From NCBI GenBank assembly GCA_947458495.1, contig CANHAR010000001.1:1-39269 (forward strand): 39,269 nt of DNA, in the 5' to 3' direction. The position numbers and the translations under genes are program-made. Shown here piece after piece: positions 8,098 to 19,375 of the stretch (position 1 is the first letter of the stretch; the number at the start of each line of letters is the position of its first letter). The notes below the pieces were generated by a model that did no database searches, had not been told where the DNA came from, and was given only the letters and a program-made list of their open reading frames with translations. The DNA is from Gammaproteobacteria bacterium (GTDB taxonomy: Bacteria; Pseudomonadota; Gammaproteobacteria; Pseudomonadales; Pseudohongiellaceae).

Positions 8098-9261
8098 ATG
8101 CAGTTGCCTGTTTATCTTGATTACGCCGCTACCACTCCGGTCGATCCGCTGGTGGCCAAGCGTATGTCCGAGTGTCTGTCTTTAGGTGGTGTTTTTGCCA
8201 ATCCAGCGTCGAGGTCACATATTTATGGGTGGCAGGCGGAACAGGAAGTGGAGACCGCTCGCCGCCATGTTGCTGATCTGTTGAGTTGTGACCCCAGAGA
8301 AATCGTTTGGACCTCCGGGGCAACAGAGGCCGACAATCTCGCGATCAAAGGCGCGGCAGAGTTTTATAGCAATCGTGGGCGTCACATTGTTACCTCATGT
8401 ATTGAGCACAAAGCGGTACTGGACAGTTGTCGGCACTTGGAGTCCCGTGGGTTTGACGTGAGTTATCTGCGACCTGATGCTGATGGTTTGATTAGTGCTG
8501 AGCAGCTCAATCGCGCAATTCGAAGCGATACTATTCTTGTGTCCTTGATGCATGTAAACAATGAAATTGGATCCGCGCACGATCTACACTCTCTGGGTGC
8601 GGTAACTCGTGACCGAGGAGTTCTGTTTCATGTCGATGCGGCTCAGAGTGTTGGCAAACTTCCGATTGACTTGTCTGCAACAAACATTGATCTCATGTCC
8701 CTGTCGGCGCATAAAGTTTATGGCCCAAAGGGGGTGGGAGCCCTGTTTGTCCGTCGTGAGCCCAGAGTTGATCTGGTTGCTCAAATGCATGGTGGTGGGC
8801 ACGAACGAGGAATGCGCTCTGGAACATTGCCTACGCATCAATTGGTTGGAATGGGTGAAGCGTTCCGATTGGTCGGTGAACTGATCGGTGAAGAGACCGC
8901 GCGATTGACCGAGTTACGCAGCCTTTTCCTCGATAGTCTTGCGGCACTGCCGGGTTGGCAGTTGCATGGACATAAAACGCAGTGCGTACCAGGTATCATG
9001 AATGTGGGATTCTCAGGAGTTGATGGGGAGTCACTTCTGATGTCTTTACGGCAGTTGGCAGTGTCCTCGGGTTCCGCATGTATGTCTGCAACACTGGAGC
9101 CATCGTATGTACTTCGCGGTATTGGTGTATCCGATGAGTTCGCGCAAAGCGCACTCAGAGTATCGATAGGTCGTTTTACAACCCGTGCTGACATCGAAAC
9201 AGCTGTCATTGCTATCATCAACAACGTAAGGCAACTCCGCAAGTTAACTGCCGTGTTCTGA
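8098..9261 (+). CDS. iscS: Cysteine desulfurase IscS
   Basis: [12 protein letters not shown] lysine in [20 protein letters not shown], catalytic SSGSAC; start ATG 8098 (MQLPVYLD). Confidence 0.95.
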   Translation: MQLPVYLDYAATTPVDPLVAKRMSECLSLGGVFANPASRSHIYGWQAEQEVETARRHVADLLSCDPREIVWTSGATEADNLAIKGAAEFYSNRGRHIVTSCIEHKAVLDSCRHLESRGFDVSYLRPDADGLISAEQLNRAIRSDTILVSLMHVNNEIGSAHDLHSLGAVTRDRGVLFHVDAAQSVGKLPIDLSATNIDLMSLSAHKVYGPKGVGALFVRREPRVDLVAQMHGGGHERGMRSGTLPTHQLVGMGEAFRLVGELIGEETARLTELRSLFLDSLAALPGWQLHGHKTQCVPGIMNVGFSGVDGESLLMSLRQLAVSSGSACMSATLEPSYVLRGIGVSDEFAQSALRVSIGRFTTRADIETAVIAIINNVRQLRKLTAVF

Positions 9262-9334
9262 TAAACCATTAGAAAATACTGCACTGGCGGATCGTTACAG
9301 TGCGTTGCTGTAGAATTACTTGATCATAAGTCAG

Positions 9335-9347
9335 TATAATGCGCGCC
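9335..9347 (+). promoter_or_regulatory. Putative -10 element with GC-rich discriminator upstream of ndk
   Basis: Perfect TATAAT (9335-9340) followed by GCGCGCC; the -35 is poor. Confidence 0.55.
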
Positions 9348-9378
9348 TTTTAAGACCAGTAACAGGCTTTGGAGCTTA

Positions 9379-9810
9379 ATGATGGCTATTGAACGTACCT
9401 TATCAATTATCAAACCGGACGCAGTCGGAAAAAATGTGATCGGTGAAATCTACTCAAGATTTGAAAAAGCTGGTCTGCGCATTGTCGCAGCCAAAATGCA
9501 GCAACTGACAGATGAAACCGCAGGTGGTTTTTATGCTGAGCATAAAGAGCGTGGCTTTTTTAAGGATCTGATTTCTTTTATGACCTCTGGTCCAGTAATT
9601 GTTCAGGTGTTGGAAGGGGAAAATGCTGTAGCTCTGCATCGAGACCTGATGGGTGCTACCAATCCGAAAGACGCAGCTCCTGGCACAATCCGGGCTGACT
9701 TCGCGGTATCTATCGATGCAAATGCAGTTCATGGCTCAGACTCTGCAACATCTGCAGCACGTGAAATTGCTTATTTCTTCAAAAATGATGACATCTGCGC
9801 TCGCAGCTAG
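9379..9810 (+). CDS. ndk: Nucleoside diphosphate kinase
   Basis: [28 protein letters not shown]. Confidence 0.98.
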   Translation: MMAIERTLSIIKPDAVGKNVIGEIYSRFEKAGLRIVAAKMQQLTDETAGGFYAEHKERGFFKDLISFMTSGPVIVQVLEGENAVALHRDLMGATNPKDAAPGTIRADFAVSIDANAVHGSDSATSAAREIAYFFKNDDICARS

Positions 9811-9840
9811 ATTTTGGTTGCTTGAGCTGGGAGTCCGGTG

Positions 9841-11049
9841 ATGAGCCAGACGGCTGTGAAAACAAACCTGCTGGGAATGAGCCTGCCGATGCTGCAGGCT
9901 TATTTTGAAGCAATGGGTGAAAAGCCGTTTCGCGCTGTGCAAGTGATGAAATGGATGCATCAGCGGGGTGTGACGGATTTCTCTGCGATGACGGATATCA
10001 GTCACAGCCTACAGCAGAAGCTGCTTGTCGAGGCTGAGGTTAGACCACCCATCATCGTAGAGGAGTTTCTGGCTGCTGATGGGTGTTATAAGTGGATCGT
10101 AGAAGTCGCCAGCGGTAGTCGGGTAGAAACGGTTTTTATACCAGAAGACGATCGTGGAACCTTGTGTATCTCCTCTCAGGCTGGTTGTACGCTGGATTGC
10201 AGTTTTTGTGCAACCGGCAAGCAGGGCTTTAACAGTAATCTGACAGCTGCTGAAATTATCGGGCAGTTGTGGTGGGCTAACCATCGTTTGGGTGGCTTTG
10301 CGCCGGCCCGACCCCATGCAGGGAAAACCATACGCTCCGTGAGTAATGTTGTGATGATGGGTATGGGGGAACCGCTACTGAATTTTGATAATGTGATGGC
10401 ATCATTGAGTCTGATGATGGACGACAATGCTTATGGTTTGTCGAAACGGCGTGTCACCATCAGCACAGCAGGTGTGGTGCCTGCGATTGATAAATTACGG
10501 TTACATACGGATGCGTCACTTGCAGTGTCTTTGCACGCGCCTAACGATGAATTACGTAACCAGATTGTACCGATAAACCGCAAGTATCCGATTAAGGAAC
10601 TTCTTCGTAGCGTTGCTGACTATATAGATAGTCTGCCTGACAAGCGGGTTCCAGTAATCGAATACACCCTGATCTCTGGTGTTAATGATCAAAAGCAGCA
10701 TGCTCAGGAATTAGCGGCGCTGTTACGTGATTTTCCGTGCAAGATCAATCTTATTCCCTTCAATCCATTTTCGCAGTCTGATTACCGCAGGCCAAGCAAT
10801 AATGCGATCAGCAATTTTCGACAAATTTTACAGGAGGCTCGCTTTACCGTCACAGTGAGGACTACCCGGGGAGACGATATCGGAGCTGCTTGTGGACAGT
10901 TGGTCGGGGAGGTAGTTGATCAGACACGCCGCAGCGAACGTTATCGTCGAGCGTCAACTGAGGCCGGAAACCCAGAAAAGGGCAATTTTCGTGTTTTTAC
11001 CAGTGCCGATAATCTGGCAGTTTCCGTTGATTCGGCTCGCCGCGTTTGA
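9841..11049 (+). CDS. rlmN: Dual-specificity 23S rRNA/tRNA m2A methyltransferase RlmN
   Basis: Radical SAM motif [20 protein letters not shown]. Confidence 0.97.
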   Translation: MSQTAVKTNLLGMSLPMLQAYFEAMGEKPFRAVQVMKWMHQRGVTDFSAMTDISHSLQQKLLVEAEVRPPIIVEEFLAADGCYKWIVEVASGSRVETVFIPEDDRGTLCISSQAGCTLDCSFCATGKQGFNSNLTAAEIIGQLWWANHRLGGFAPARPHAGKTIRSVSNVVMMGMGEPLLNFDNVMASLSLMMDDNAYGLSKRRVTISTAGVVPAIDKLRLHTDASLAVSLHAPNDELRNQIVPINRKYPIKELLRSVADYIDSLPDKRVPVIEYTLISGVNDQKQHAQELAALLRDFPCKINLIPFNPFSQSDYRRPSNNAISNFRQILQEARFTVTVRTTRGDDIGAACGQLVGEVVDQTRRSERYRRASTEAGNPEKGNFRVFTSADNLAVSVDSARRV

Positions 11050-11083
11050 TTGGGTGCATCAGGCAGCCTTTTTGAAAGTAAAT

Positions 11084-12172
11084 ATGAACACTTCAGATAA
11101 ACAGGCAGTTGATTTAGATCCGGCAGAAGTGCTGGCAGAGCCCCCATCAGGTGGTGGCCGACGCTCGCCGGGTGCAATGCTGTACGCAAAACGTGAAACA
11201 CTTGAGCTTAGTATTCAACAGGTTGCTGACCAACTGAACCTGACTATGCATTTTGTGCGGGCGTTAGAGGCTGACTGCTACGACAAACTTCCTGGCGAGG
11301 TGTTTGTTCGCGGGTACATCCGGGCGTACAGCAATTTGTTACGGCTTGATCCAGTCCAGGTGTTGGCGATTTTTGATGAGTTTACCTCCCAGAAAATCGC
11401 CCGCAAGGAAGAGGCGATAAAACGCAGGGATCGTCGCAGACAGGACAAGAATCGTCCCTGGATTGTGTTTTCTGGTTTTGCATTGGTAGCAGTAGCCGTT
11501 GGTCTGTGGTACTTGAATCCAGCTGCGCCAGTTACGGTCACCCCAATCGCATCTGACACGACAGGCGGAGCTGATTTAACAGTGCTGAGTTCGGTGCTGC
11601 GGCAGACGCCCGTGACAACAGACGCTCAAAGGATTGAACCGGCCGTTATGGCAGCCACGATGCCGGCCACTGTTGCAGTACAAGAATTTTCGTCTGCGCA
11701 GCCGACAGCGTCTGTAGCAGAGCAATTAACGGCTGCATTAGAGCCTGAGGCTACAATAGCAGAGACACTGGCGGTTACTTCAGCGCCATTAGAGCCAGCA
11801 AATGTGGCTGTTGTTTCACCTGGTTCAGGCACCGATGCGCAGATGGCTGAAGTCGGACGTCTCACTGCTGTGGAAGCGAGTGCTGAAGATCTGTTGTCTG
11901 GGCAGACCGAGACACACCAGTGGTCAGGGTCAGATGAGCTTACCCTCAAATTCAGCGCCGATTGCTGGGTCGAAGTCGAGCATCTTGGTGGTGAAGAGAG
12001 TTACAAAAATCAAATCAGAGCAGGTAATACCTTGGTTATCCGAGGCACCGCTCCTTTTTCAGTTCTGTTAGGCAATGCTCGCGATGTTGCGCTGACATTT
12101 AATGGTCGCAGCATAGATATAACCAGCAATGTCCGGGCAGACAACACCGCAAGACTCAGTATTGGTATGTAG
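11084..12172 (+). CDS. rodZ: Cytoskeletal protein RodZ
   Basis: N-terminal HTH ([18 protein letters not shown]), basic juxtamembrane run, one TM, Ala/Pro/Thr linker, C-terminal CWVEV...LGNA domain; start moved to ATG 11084; syntenic position. Confidence 0.9.
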   Translation: MNTSDKQAVDLDPAEVLAEPPSGGGRRSPGAMLYAKRETLELSIQQVADQLNLTMHFVRALEADCYDKLPGEVFVRGYIRAYSNLLRLDPVQVLAIFDEFTSQKIARKEEAIKRRDRRRQDKNRPWIVFSGFALVAVAVGLWYLNPAAPVTVTPIASDTTGGADLTVLSSVLRQTPVTTDAQRIEPAVMAATMPATVAVQEFSSAQPTASVAEQLTAALEPEATIAETLAVTSAPLEPANVAVVSPGSGTDAQMAEVGRLTAVEASAEDLLSGQTETHQWSGSDELTLKFSADCWVEVEHLGGEESYKNQIRAGNTLVIRGTAPFSVLLGNARDVALTFNGRSIDITSNVRADNTARLSIGM

Positions 12173-12177
12173 ATAAA

Positions 12178-13305
12178 ATGATGAGCGCTTCTCCGATTAT
12201 TCGTCGTCAAAGCCGCCGTATCATGGTGGGGAATGTCCCCGTTGGTGGCGGCGCCCCGATTTCAGTACAAAGTATGACCAACACTGAGACGTGTGATGTT
12301 GCCGCGACGGTTGCGCAGATCAAGCGCCTTGAGGCCGTTGGTGCGGACATTGTCAGAGTATCAGTACCATCGATGGAGGCAGCGGATGCGTTCAGACTGA
12401 TTCGACAGCAGGTAACGGTTCCCCTGGTTGCCGATATCCATTTTGATTATCTGATCGCGCTAAAAGTGGCTGAATATGGCGTAGATTGTCTGCGCATAAA
12501 TCCAGGCAATATTGGCAGTGAAAAACGTATCAGAGCCGTGATTGACGCAGCAAAAGATAAAGGTATTCCTCTGCGTATTGGGGTAAATGCTGGTTCATTG
12601 GGCAAGACGCTGTTGCGCAAGTATAAAGAACCTTCCGCAGAAGCGATGGTTGAATCAGCGCTCACGCAAATCAGTATTCTGGACAAGCTTAATTTTCAGA
12701 ACTTTAAAGTAAGCCTGAAAGCTTCAGAAATATTTATGACAATAAAAGCCTACCGTGCTTTGGCAACACAAATTGATCAGCCACTGCATCTTGGTATCAC
12801 AGAAGCCGGTGGATTGCGATCTGGCACCGTTAAATCGGCAATCGGTCTTGGCGCTCTGTTAATGGATGGTATTGGCGATACGATCCGGATTTCACTAGCC
12901 GCCGATCCCGTTGAAGAAATCAAGGTAGGCTTTGATATCCTCAAAAGTCTGGGATTGCGGAGCAAAGGGGTGAATTTGGTTGCCTGCCCAAGTTGTTCAC
13001 GCCAGAACTTTGATGTCATTAGTGTGGTTAACGCTCTTGAGGCACGGCTAGAGGATGTTATTACTCCAGTAGATGTTGCAGTGATTGGATGTATTGTGAA
13101 TGGGCCCGGTGAGGCGAAAGTTGCTGAAATTGGGCTGACAGGTGCCTCCCCACACAATCTTGCGTACATTGATGGAAAGCCTCATCACAAAATAGATAAT
13201 GAAAGACTTGTAGATGAGCTGGAATCCATGGTCCGAGCCAGAGTGGCAGCAAAACTGAAGGCTGAGGCTGCAATTGCGCCTGGTGGGATCATCGCCAGAG
13301 GCTGA
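12178..13305 (+). CDS. ispG: HMBPP synthase IspG
   Basis: [36 protein letters not shown]. Confidence 0.98.
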   Translation: MMSASPIIRRQSRRIMVGNVPVGGGAPISVQSMTNTETCDVAATVAQIKRLEAVGADIVRVSVPSMEAADAFRLIRQQVTVPLVADIHFDYLIALKVAEYGVDCLRINPGNIGSEKRIRAVIDAAKDKGIPLRIGVNAGSLGKTLLRKYKEPSAEAMVESALTQISILDKLNFQNFKVSLKASEIFMTIKAYRALATQIDQPLHLGITEAGGLRSGTVKSAIGLGALLMDGIGDTIRISLAADPVEEIKVGFDILKSLGLRSKGVNLVACPSCSRQNFDVISVVNALEARLEDVITPVDVAVIGCIVNGPGEAKVAEIGLTGASPHNLAYIDGKPHHKIDNERLVDELESMVRARVAAKLKAEAAIAPGGIIARG

Positions 13306-13364
13306 TCAGACCAAGCAGCAGAGCGTCAACTCTTTCAGACAGTACCAAAATGGGGCCAGAATTT

Positions 13365-14627
13365 ATGAACAAGATCCAGTCTGTGCGGGGCATGAACGAC
13401 ATATTGCCTGGCGAATCCCCGGTTTGGCAGTACCTTGAGCGCGTCATCAGCGACGTTGTGCACAGCTACGGCTATCGTGAGATCCGCTTTCCGATTCTCG
13501 AGCAGACGCAGTTGTTTAAACGTTCGATTGGCGAAGTTACTGATATCGTTGAAAAGGAAATGTACAGTTTCCTGGATCGAAACGGTGATGATTTAAGTCT
13601 TCGACCGGAAGGTACGGCTTGTTGTGTACGAGCAGCCGAACAACATGGCCTGTTGTATAACCAGCAACAACGTCTATGGTATCGCGGTCCTATGTTTCGG
13701 CATGAGCGCCCCCAAAAAGGTCGTTATCGCCAGTTCCACCAGGTTGGTGTAGAAAGTTTTGGGATGGTTGGCCCAGACATCGATGCCGAAATCATTTTAA
13801 TCTCCATGGCTTTATGGCGCTCACTCGGCCTGATTGACAGTGTGCGCCTGGAAATCAATAACATCGGCACTGCCGACGACAGGAGAGCCTACGGACAAGC
13901 CCTGACTGCTTATCTCAAAGAGCATGAAGCTCAACTGGATGAAGATAGTCGACGTCGTTTGCTGAGTAATCCACTACGGGTTCTCGACAGTAAAGTGCCC
14001 GAGACACAAGCCTTATTGGAGTATGCCCCGTCTTTGTCTGCGTTTGTAAGTCCAGATACCGCCATACATTATGATCAGTTGAAAGCCTTGCTAACCGCCA
14101 ATAATGTCTGCTTTACAGAAAACCAGCGTTTGGTTCGGGGCCTGGATTACTACAATAACCTTGTGTTTGAATGGATTACCGACGCGCTTGGTTCGCAGGG
14201 TACTGTGTGTGCCGGTGGGCGTTATGACGCGTTGGTGGCTCAGTTGGGTGGGCGCGGCACACCGGCAGTTGGTCTCGCATTCGGCATGGAGCGACTAGTG
14301 TTGTTGTTGCAGGAGACCGGCAAAATTCCTGATTCGGTGAGTCAGGTATTGGATGTTTACGTTATGTACTCAGAAGATTCGGAGCAGGACACAGCCATCA
14401 TTCTGGCTGAGGGACTTCGAAGGCAGGTTCCGGGCCTGCGTGTGCAGTGCCATAGCGGTGGGGGGAAGTTTTCAAACCAGCTCAAAAGAGCGTTTGCCAG
14501 CTGTGCATCAGTGGCGGTGATTGTTGATGCGGAAGGCCTCCGATGGAGGAAGTTGTCAGCTGACGCCGTGGCTGAGCCTGTTGAATCGCAGATTTTGGTC
14601 GAGCGCCTTAGGGCTTTGATGCTCTGA
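13365..14627 (+). CDS. hisS: Histidine--tRNA ligase
   Basis: RGMND, LRPEGTA, FRHERPQKGRYRQFHQ, RGLDYY, GGRYD, FGMERL. Confidence 0.98.
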   Translation: MNKIQSVRGMNDILPGESPVWQYLERVISDVVHSYGYREIRFPILEQTQLFKRSIGEVTDIVEKEMYSFLDRNGDDLSLRPEGTACCVRAAEQHGLLYNQQQRLWYRGPMFRHERPQKGRYRQFHQVGVESFGMVGPDIDAEIILISMALWRSLGLIDSVRLEINNIGTADDRRAYGQALTAYLKEHEAQLDEDSRRRLLSNPLRVLDSKVPETQALLEYAPSLSAFVSPDTAIHYDQLKALLTANNVCFTENQRLVRGLDYYNNLVFEWITDALGSQGTVCAGGRYDALVAQLGGRGTPAVGLAFGMERLVLLLQETGKIPDSVSQVLDVYVMYSEDSEQDTAIILAEGLRRQVPGLRVQCHSGGGKFSNQLKRAFASCASVAVIVDAEGLRWRKLSADAVAEPVESQILVERLRALML

Positions 14628-14718
14628 TTGAAAGCAGGCCTTCATGCCCGCGACACTCTTTCTTGACACTTTGATGTTGGTGAGACAGGATGCCTGCTCA
14701 CTGAAACAACCAGTTTTG

Positions 14719-14742
14719 TTCAAAGATATTTTCAAAGATATT
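14719..14742. repeat. Perfect 12-bp tandem duplication TTCAAAGATATT x2
   Basis: Read directly at 14719-14730 and 14731-14742, just upstream of the yfgM SD. Confidence 0.85.
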
Positions 14743-14764
14743 GATAAAAAGACAGGAGTAATCT

Positions 14765-15433
14765 GTGGCAATCAGTGCGGAAGAAGAAGAGACACTTGAA
14801 GCGTTAAAACGCTGGTGGAATGACAGTGGCAAACAGATTGCCATGGGTATTGCTCTGGTGGTTGTTGTTTATTTTGGTTGGCAATTCTGGATTCGCACTC
14901 AGATTAACGAGAGTGCAGAAGCGTCTGCGCTGTATGATCAATTGACGGGTATTGCGGCAATAGCTCCGGACGCGACCTTGGCGGATGCGGATCGTGTAAG
15001 GGCCAATGAGCTTGTCCAGCAGATTAGAACTGAATACGACTCAAGTGTTTACGCGCTTTATGCAGCATTGTTTGGGGCAAAACTGTCGGTTGACGTTAAT
15101 GATCTGGATAGCGCCAAGGAACATCTGGAATGGCTGCTGGCAAACACCCGTTCGGGACTCTTTGGGTCGACAGATCCTACACTCGTAGCGGTCGCCAGTC
15201 TCAGACTGGGTCGGATACTGCTCGCTCTGGGGCAGGGTGCACAAGCCCTGACTGTGGTCAGCGGCGCGGAACCGGGTGCGCTGGCGGCTGATTTTGATGA
15301 ACTGCGCGGTGATATCTACTTGAGTCAGGGGCAGCGCGATGAAGCACTCGCTGCCTATGAGTCTGCTCTTGATACAGGCAATCCCAGCCCGGTATTGCAA
15401 CTGAAACTGGAAGAACTGCAGAGCGGTCGTTGA
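14765..15433 (+). CDS. yfgM: YfgM-family ancillary SecYEG subunit (TPR-like)
   Basis: EEEETLEALKRWWNDSG, N-terminal TM, ELRGDI motif; lies between hisS and bamB; SD AGGAG with GTG start. Confidence 0.92.
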   Translation: MAISAEEEETLEALKRWWNDSGKQIAMGIALVVVVYFGWQFWIRTQINESAEASALYDQLTGIAAIAPDATLADADRVRANELVQQIRTEYDSSVYALYAALFGAKLSVDVNDLDSAKEHLEWLLANTRSGLFGSTDPTLVAVASLRLGRILLALGQGAQALTVVSGAEPGALAADFDELRGDIYLSQGQRDEALAAYESALDTGNPSPVLQLKLEELQSGR

Positions 15434-15455
15434 TAGCGACGCAAAGCGCGGGTTT

Positions 15456-16610
15456 ATGAATATGAGTTATCTGCTGAAACGAATTGGGTTGTTACTGGCA
15501 CTGTTAGCCCTTGGTGCCTGTAGTATTTTCTCTGACGATGAGTCTGAGCAACCGGCTGAGTTGCAGCGGTTTGACCAGGAGATTGAGCTCAGACAGGTAT
15601 GGTCTGAGAGTATTGGTGACGGGCAGGGGCGGCATTACAACCGTTTGGCACCGGCAATCGATGGTGAAATGATTTTTGCAGCCGCAGCAGACGGAACAGT
15701 CGTAGCGCTGGATAAAATTTCTGGTGATGTACGCTGGCGCCAGCGGACGGGTGAAGAAATTACCGGTGGCGTGGGTGCTGCTGGCGGCATGGTGGTATTT
15801 GGTACCCGTGACGCGCAGGTAATCGCTTTGAGCCAGACCGATGGCGAGCGTTTGTGGGCAACTGCGGTCAGCAGCGAAGTGCTCGCGGCGCCTCAAACAG
15901 ATGGTCGCGTTGTTGCTGCGCAGTCAGTTGATGGTCGTTTGACGGCTTTGAATGCTAGTGATGGTGTGCAGCGCTGGGTTTATGACAGCACTGTGCCCGC
16001 CTTGTCTCTTCGTGGGACCAGTAAGCCACTTATCAGTGGCAATACCGTAGTGGCTGGTTTTGCCAGTGGAATTGTTGCTGCTATTGATGCAACCAATGGT
16101 CTGTTGATCTGGGAAGAGCGGGTTGCTGTTCCGCAGGGTCGCTATGATATTGATCGTATCATCGATATCGATGGTGATCCGGTATTGTCTGGGCAGACTG
16201 TGTTCATTTCAAGTTTCCAGGGCAACCTGCTTGGGCTTGATCTGGCAAGTGGTCGTATCGTTTGGGGGATGCCCGGATCCAGTTACAACTCGCTCGCCCT
16301 TGGCTTGGGTAATATCTATTGGGTTAACAATTTCAGTCATGTCCTAGCTGTTCAGAACAACACTGAACGAACAGTCTGGGAGAATGAGGACCTGCGTTTA
16401 CGGCGCGTCAATTCGCCGGTTACCATCAATAACTACGTGGCAGTCGCTGATTTTGAGGGCTACCTGCATTTGATTTCTCAGATTGATGGTCGGATCATCA
16501 GTCGTGACAGAGTTGATCGCTCAGGTGTCCGTGCAAATATTCTGAGCGAAGGCGACACTCTTTACGTCTACAGTAACAGCGGTCGGCTAGTGGCCCTTCG
16601 TTTGCCCTGA
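15456..16610 (+). CDS. bamB: Outer membrane protein assembly factor BamB
   Basis: Lipobox LGAC, PQQ-like propeller repeats, LSLRGTSKP, RIIDIDGDP. Confidence 0.95.
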   Translation: MNMSYLLKRIGLLLALLALGACSIFSDDESEQPAELQRFDQEIELRQVWSESIGDGQGRHYNRLAPAIDGEMIFAAAADGTVVALDKISGDVRWRQRTGEEITGGVGAAGGMVVFGTRDAQVIALSQTDGERLWATAVSSEVLAAPQTDGRVVAAQSVDGRLTALNASDGVQRWVYDSTVPALSLRGTSKPLISGNTVVAGFASGIVAAIDATNGLLIWEERVAVPQGRYDIDRIIDIDGDPVLSGQTVFISSFQGNLLGLDLASGRIVWGMPGSSYNSLALGLGNIYWVNNFSHVLAVQNNTERTVWENEDLRLRRVNSPVTINNYVAVADFEGYLHLISQIDGRIISRDRVDRSGVRANILSEGDTLYVYSNSGRLVALRLP

Positions 16611-16661
16611 CGACTCATCGCGGCCTGATGGCAGCAGATATTCTCTGGAACCTATCATTGT

Positions 16662-18062
16662 ATGAAACCGGTACTCGCTCTTGTTGGGCGCCCTAATGTT
16701 GGTAAATCAACGCTGTTCAACCGACTCACAAGAAGCCGTGATGCTTTGGTAGCTGACTTTCCGGGATTGACCCGTGATCGGCAGTATGGCGAGGGTAAAG
16801 GTGGTGACAAGCCATATATTGTGATTGACACCGGTGGCCTTGAAGGTGGCGAGGTTGGAATCAACTTCGAAATGGCATCGCAGTCGTTATTGGCGATCGA
16901 AGAAGCCGATGTTGTATTGCTGATGGTTGACGGACGTGCAGGGTTGAATCCTGCTGATACCCAGATCGTCGAGCATCTTCGCAAGATAGGAAAACATGCC
17001 TGTCTTGTCGTAAACAAGGTTGATGGTATTGATGAAGACGTTGCCATGGGCGATTTTTACGGCCTTGGTTTTGAGAAAATATTTCCGATTACCGCGAGTC
17101 AGGGGCGCGGTATCACAAAGTTGCTGGCCCACGTCCTTGCTGGTTTTCCTGAGCCTGAAGAAGAACAGGACAGAGAAGATCAAGGAATACGCATCGCAAT
17201 AGCGGGGCGGCCCAACGTCGGGAAATCGACCCTTGTCAATCGTATGCTGGGTGAAGAACGGGTAGTAGTTTTTGATGAGGGTGGCACTACGCGGGACAGT
17301 ATCTATATTCCTTTCGAGCGCCACGGCCAGCGTTACACGCTGATTGACACTGCGGGTATCCGGCGGCGCGGAAAAACTACCGAAACTGTTGAAAAGTTTT
17401 CTGTGGTTAAATCATTGACATCCATACAGGACGCCAATGTAGTTGTGCTGGTTGTTGATGCTCGTGACGGCATTGTTGAACAGGATCTGCACCTGCTGGG
17501 TTATGTTCTTGACGCAGGACGCGCACTGGTGATCGCTCTCAACAAGTGGGATGGCATGGAGCAGGAACAGAAAGATCGCATCAAGTCTGATATACGACGT
17601 CGTTTTTCATTTGTTGATTTTGCTGCCATCCATTTTATTTCAGCCAAATATGGCACCGGAGTGGGTGATCTCTACAAGTCTATTCATGCCGCATATGATT
17701 CTGCCAAGCGTCAGCTCAGCACTAACGTATTGACGCGGGTGCTGCAGGATGCCTGTGTTGATCACTCTCCACCTATGGTCAACAATCGCCGCATCAAGTT
17801 ACGTTATGCGCACGCGGGGGGCCAGAATCCGCCAATCATCGTAATTCATGGAAAACAAACAGAAAAATTGCCCGAGAGTTACAAGCGATATCTCGAGAAA
17901 ACTTTCAGAACCGTGTTGAAACTCGAAGGAACCCCAATCCGCATTGAGCTAAGAAGTGACGATAATCCCTTTATCGAGCATGAAAAGGGCATGGATTATG
18001 GTCAGGTCGCTGTCAAACGCCGTATCGCCAAAAATCGTAAAGTGACCAGATCCAAGGGATAG
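16662..18062 (+). CDS. der: Ribosome biogenesis GTPase Der (EngA)
   Basis: Two GRPNVGKS P-loops, DTGG/DTAG, NKVD/NKWD, KH-like C terminus. Confidence 0.98.
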   Translation: MKPVLALVGRPNVGKSTLFNRLTRSRDALVADFPGLTRDRQYGEGKGGDKPYIVIDTGGLEGGEVGINFEMASQSLLAIEEADVVLLMVDGRAGLNPADTQIVEHLRKIGKHACLVVNKVDGIDEDVAMGDFYGLGFEKIFPITASQGRGITKLLAHVLAGFPEPEEEQDREDQGIRIAIAGRPNVGKSTLVNRMLGEERVVVFDEGGTTRDSIYIPFERHGQRYTLIDTAGIRRRGKTTETVEKFSVVKSLTSIQDANVVVLVVDARDGIVEQDLHLLGYVLDAGRALVIALNKWDGMEQEQKDRIKSDIRRRFSFVDFAAIHFISAKYGTGVGDLYKSIHAAYDSAKRQLSTNVLTRVLQDACVDHSPPMVNNRRIKLRYAHAGGQNPPIIVIHGKQTEKLPESYKRYLEKTFRTVLKLEGTPIRIELRSDDNPFIEHEKGMDYGQVAVKRRIAKNRKVTRSKG

Positions 18063-18072
18063 CAGGAGGCAG

Positions 18073-19368
18073 GTGGTGGACGTGACAGGTCTTGTCAGAC
18101 TGACTGTAAACTACCTTCGACTCATTTCTATTGCCTTATGTCTGCTGATGTCAGGCGCTTGCAGCGACATGCCCGACCAACTGAGTCCTTCTGGTCATGC
18201 GGTAACGGCCCCATCTGCTGCACCAGCGTTCCATGATTATATTGGCGAGACCCGTGAGCAGTTGCGTCAGGCGCTGGAAGTGGTTTATCAGCGCGGTCCG
18301 TTAGCGCCTTTTGGAGAGCACTATCCGCTAGAACGCACCCTTGAGATGCGCTCGCCGTTTGAGATAAGCGAATCGCCTTTATGCCCTGAGGACAGTCCCC
18401 GCACAGGTTATCTGCTATTGCACGGCTTAACCGATTCGCCGTATCTACTGACGGCGGTCGCCCGATCACTGGCTGGTCGCTCACCGTGCTCTGTTGTTCG
18501 TTCAGTGCTGTTACCGGGTCACGGTACCGTGCCGGGCGATAGTCTCGATGTGCATCGTAATGAATGGCGAGACATTACAGGCTATGGTGTAAATAGTTTT
18601 AAGGGTCGTGTTGATGAGTTGTATCTGGTGGGTTACTCAGCAGGCGCAACGTTGGCGGTTGAGTATGCTGATCAACACCGCGATGATTCGTTGCTTGCAG
18701 GCTTGATGCTGTTGTCGCCAGCCTTCGGTTTTCCTGATGCCAGCGTGGCGCTATCACCCTATCTCCGCTGGTTTGCACCCTGGTTGGAGCCTCAACAGGA
18801 GCAGGATGCTGCCAAATACGAAACGCTGGCAATCAATGCCGGCGCAGAGTTTTATCTGCTGGTACAAGAAATAAATCTTGCAGCCATGCAAGCTTTGAAT
18901 CTGCCGGTGTTTATGGTGGTCAGCGGCGCAGACTCCACTGTTGATGTTGCAGCTGCGGAGCAGTTCTTCTGTGAAAAAGTGCAAGAAGGGCAGCGAAAAC
19001 TTATTTGGTATAGCTCGATTAATGATGGGCACTTACCTGCTGCGGGCTGCAGCGGCACCGATGTTGAGTTGGTGAGTGATGAGCGTTTTCGTCTGGTGAG
19101 TTTGTCGCACGTAGGGCTGACAATGCCTGCCGACGATCCACATTACGGTGCAGACGCGGGTTACAGGCAATGTTTGCATTATTCGGACAATACAGAGCGA
19201 ATGCTGGCCTGCATCAATGATGATATTGGCACTGTGTACGGTGAGCGAAGCTTATTGGACGAGGGCTTGTATGATGGCATGTTGATGCGACGAACCACCT
19301 TTAATCCCGTATTTGCGGAGATGATGGTGCAGGTAGATTGCTTTTTTTCTGCGACTTGTGAGCGTTAG
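18073..19368 (+). CDS. Exported alpha/beta hydrolase (esterase/lysophospholipase-like), possibly a lipoprotein
   Basis: LLHGLTDSP, nucleophile elbow GYSAG, candidate Asp (ADSTVD) and His (SLSH); hydrophobic leader ending SGAC. Start codon uncertain. Confidence 0.82.
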   Translation: MVDVTGLVRLTVNYLRLISIALCLLMSGACSDMPDQLSPSGHAVTAPSAAPAFHDYIGETREQLRQALEVVYQRGPLAPFGEHYPLERTLEMRSPFEISESPLCPEDSPRTGYLLLHGLTDSPYLLTAVARSLAGRSPCSVVRSVLLPGHGTVPGDSLDVHRNEWRDITGYGVNSFKGRVDELYLVGYSAGATLAVEYADQHRDDSLLAGLMLLSPAFGFPDASVALSPYLRWFAPWLEPQQEQDAAKYETLAINAGAEFYLLVQEINLAAMQALNLPVFMVVSGADSTVDVAAAEQFFCEKVQEGQRKLIWYSSINDGHLPAAGCSGTDVELVSDERFRLVSLSHVGLTMPADDPHYGADAGYRQCLHYSDNTERMLACINDDIGTVYGERSLLDEGLYDGMLMRRTTFNPVFAEMMVQVDCFFSATCER

Positions 19369-19375
19369 GTTTTGG

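Noticed and set aside
9281-9303. Terminator after iscS (GCACTG...CAGTGC)
   Set aside because: Short imperfect stem without a convincing U-tract.
14634-14643. AGCAGGCCTT after hisS matches the left edge of the 3501 element
   Set aside because: Only a 10-bp match and the rest of the element is missing; compatible with chance.
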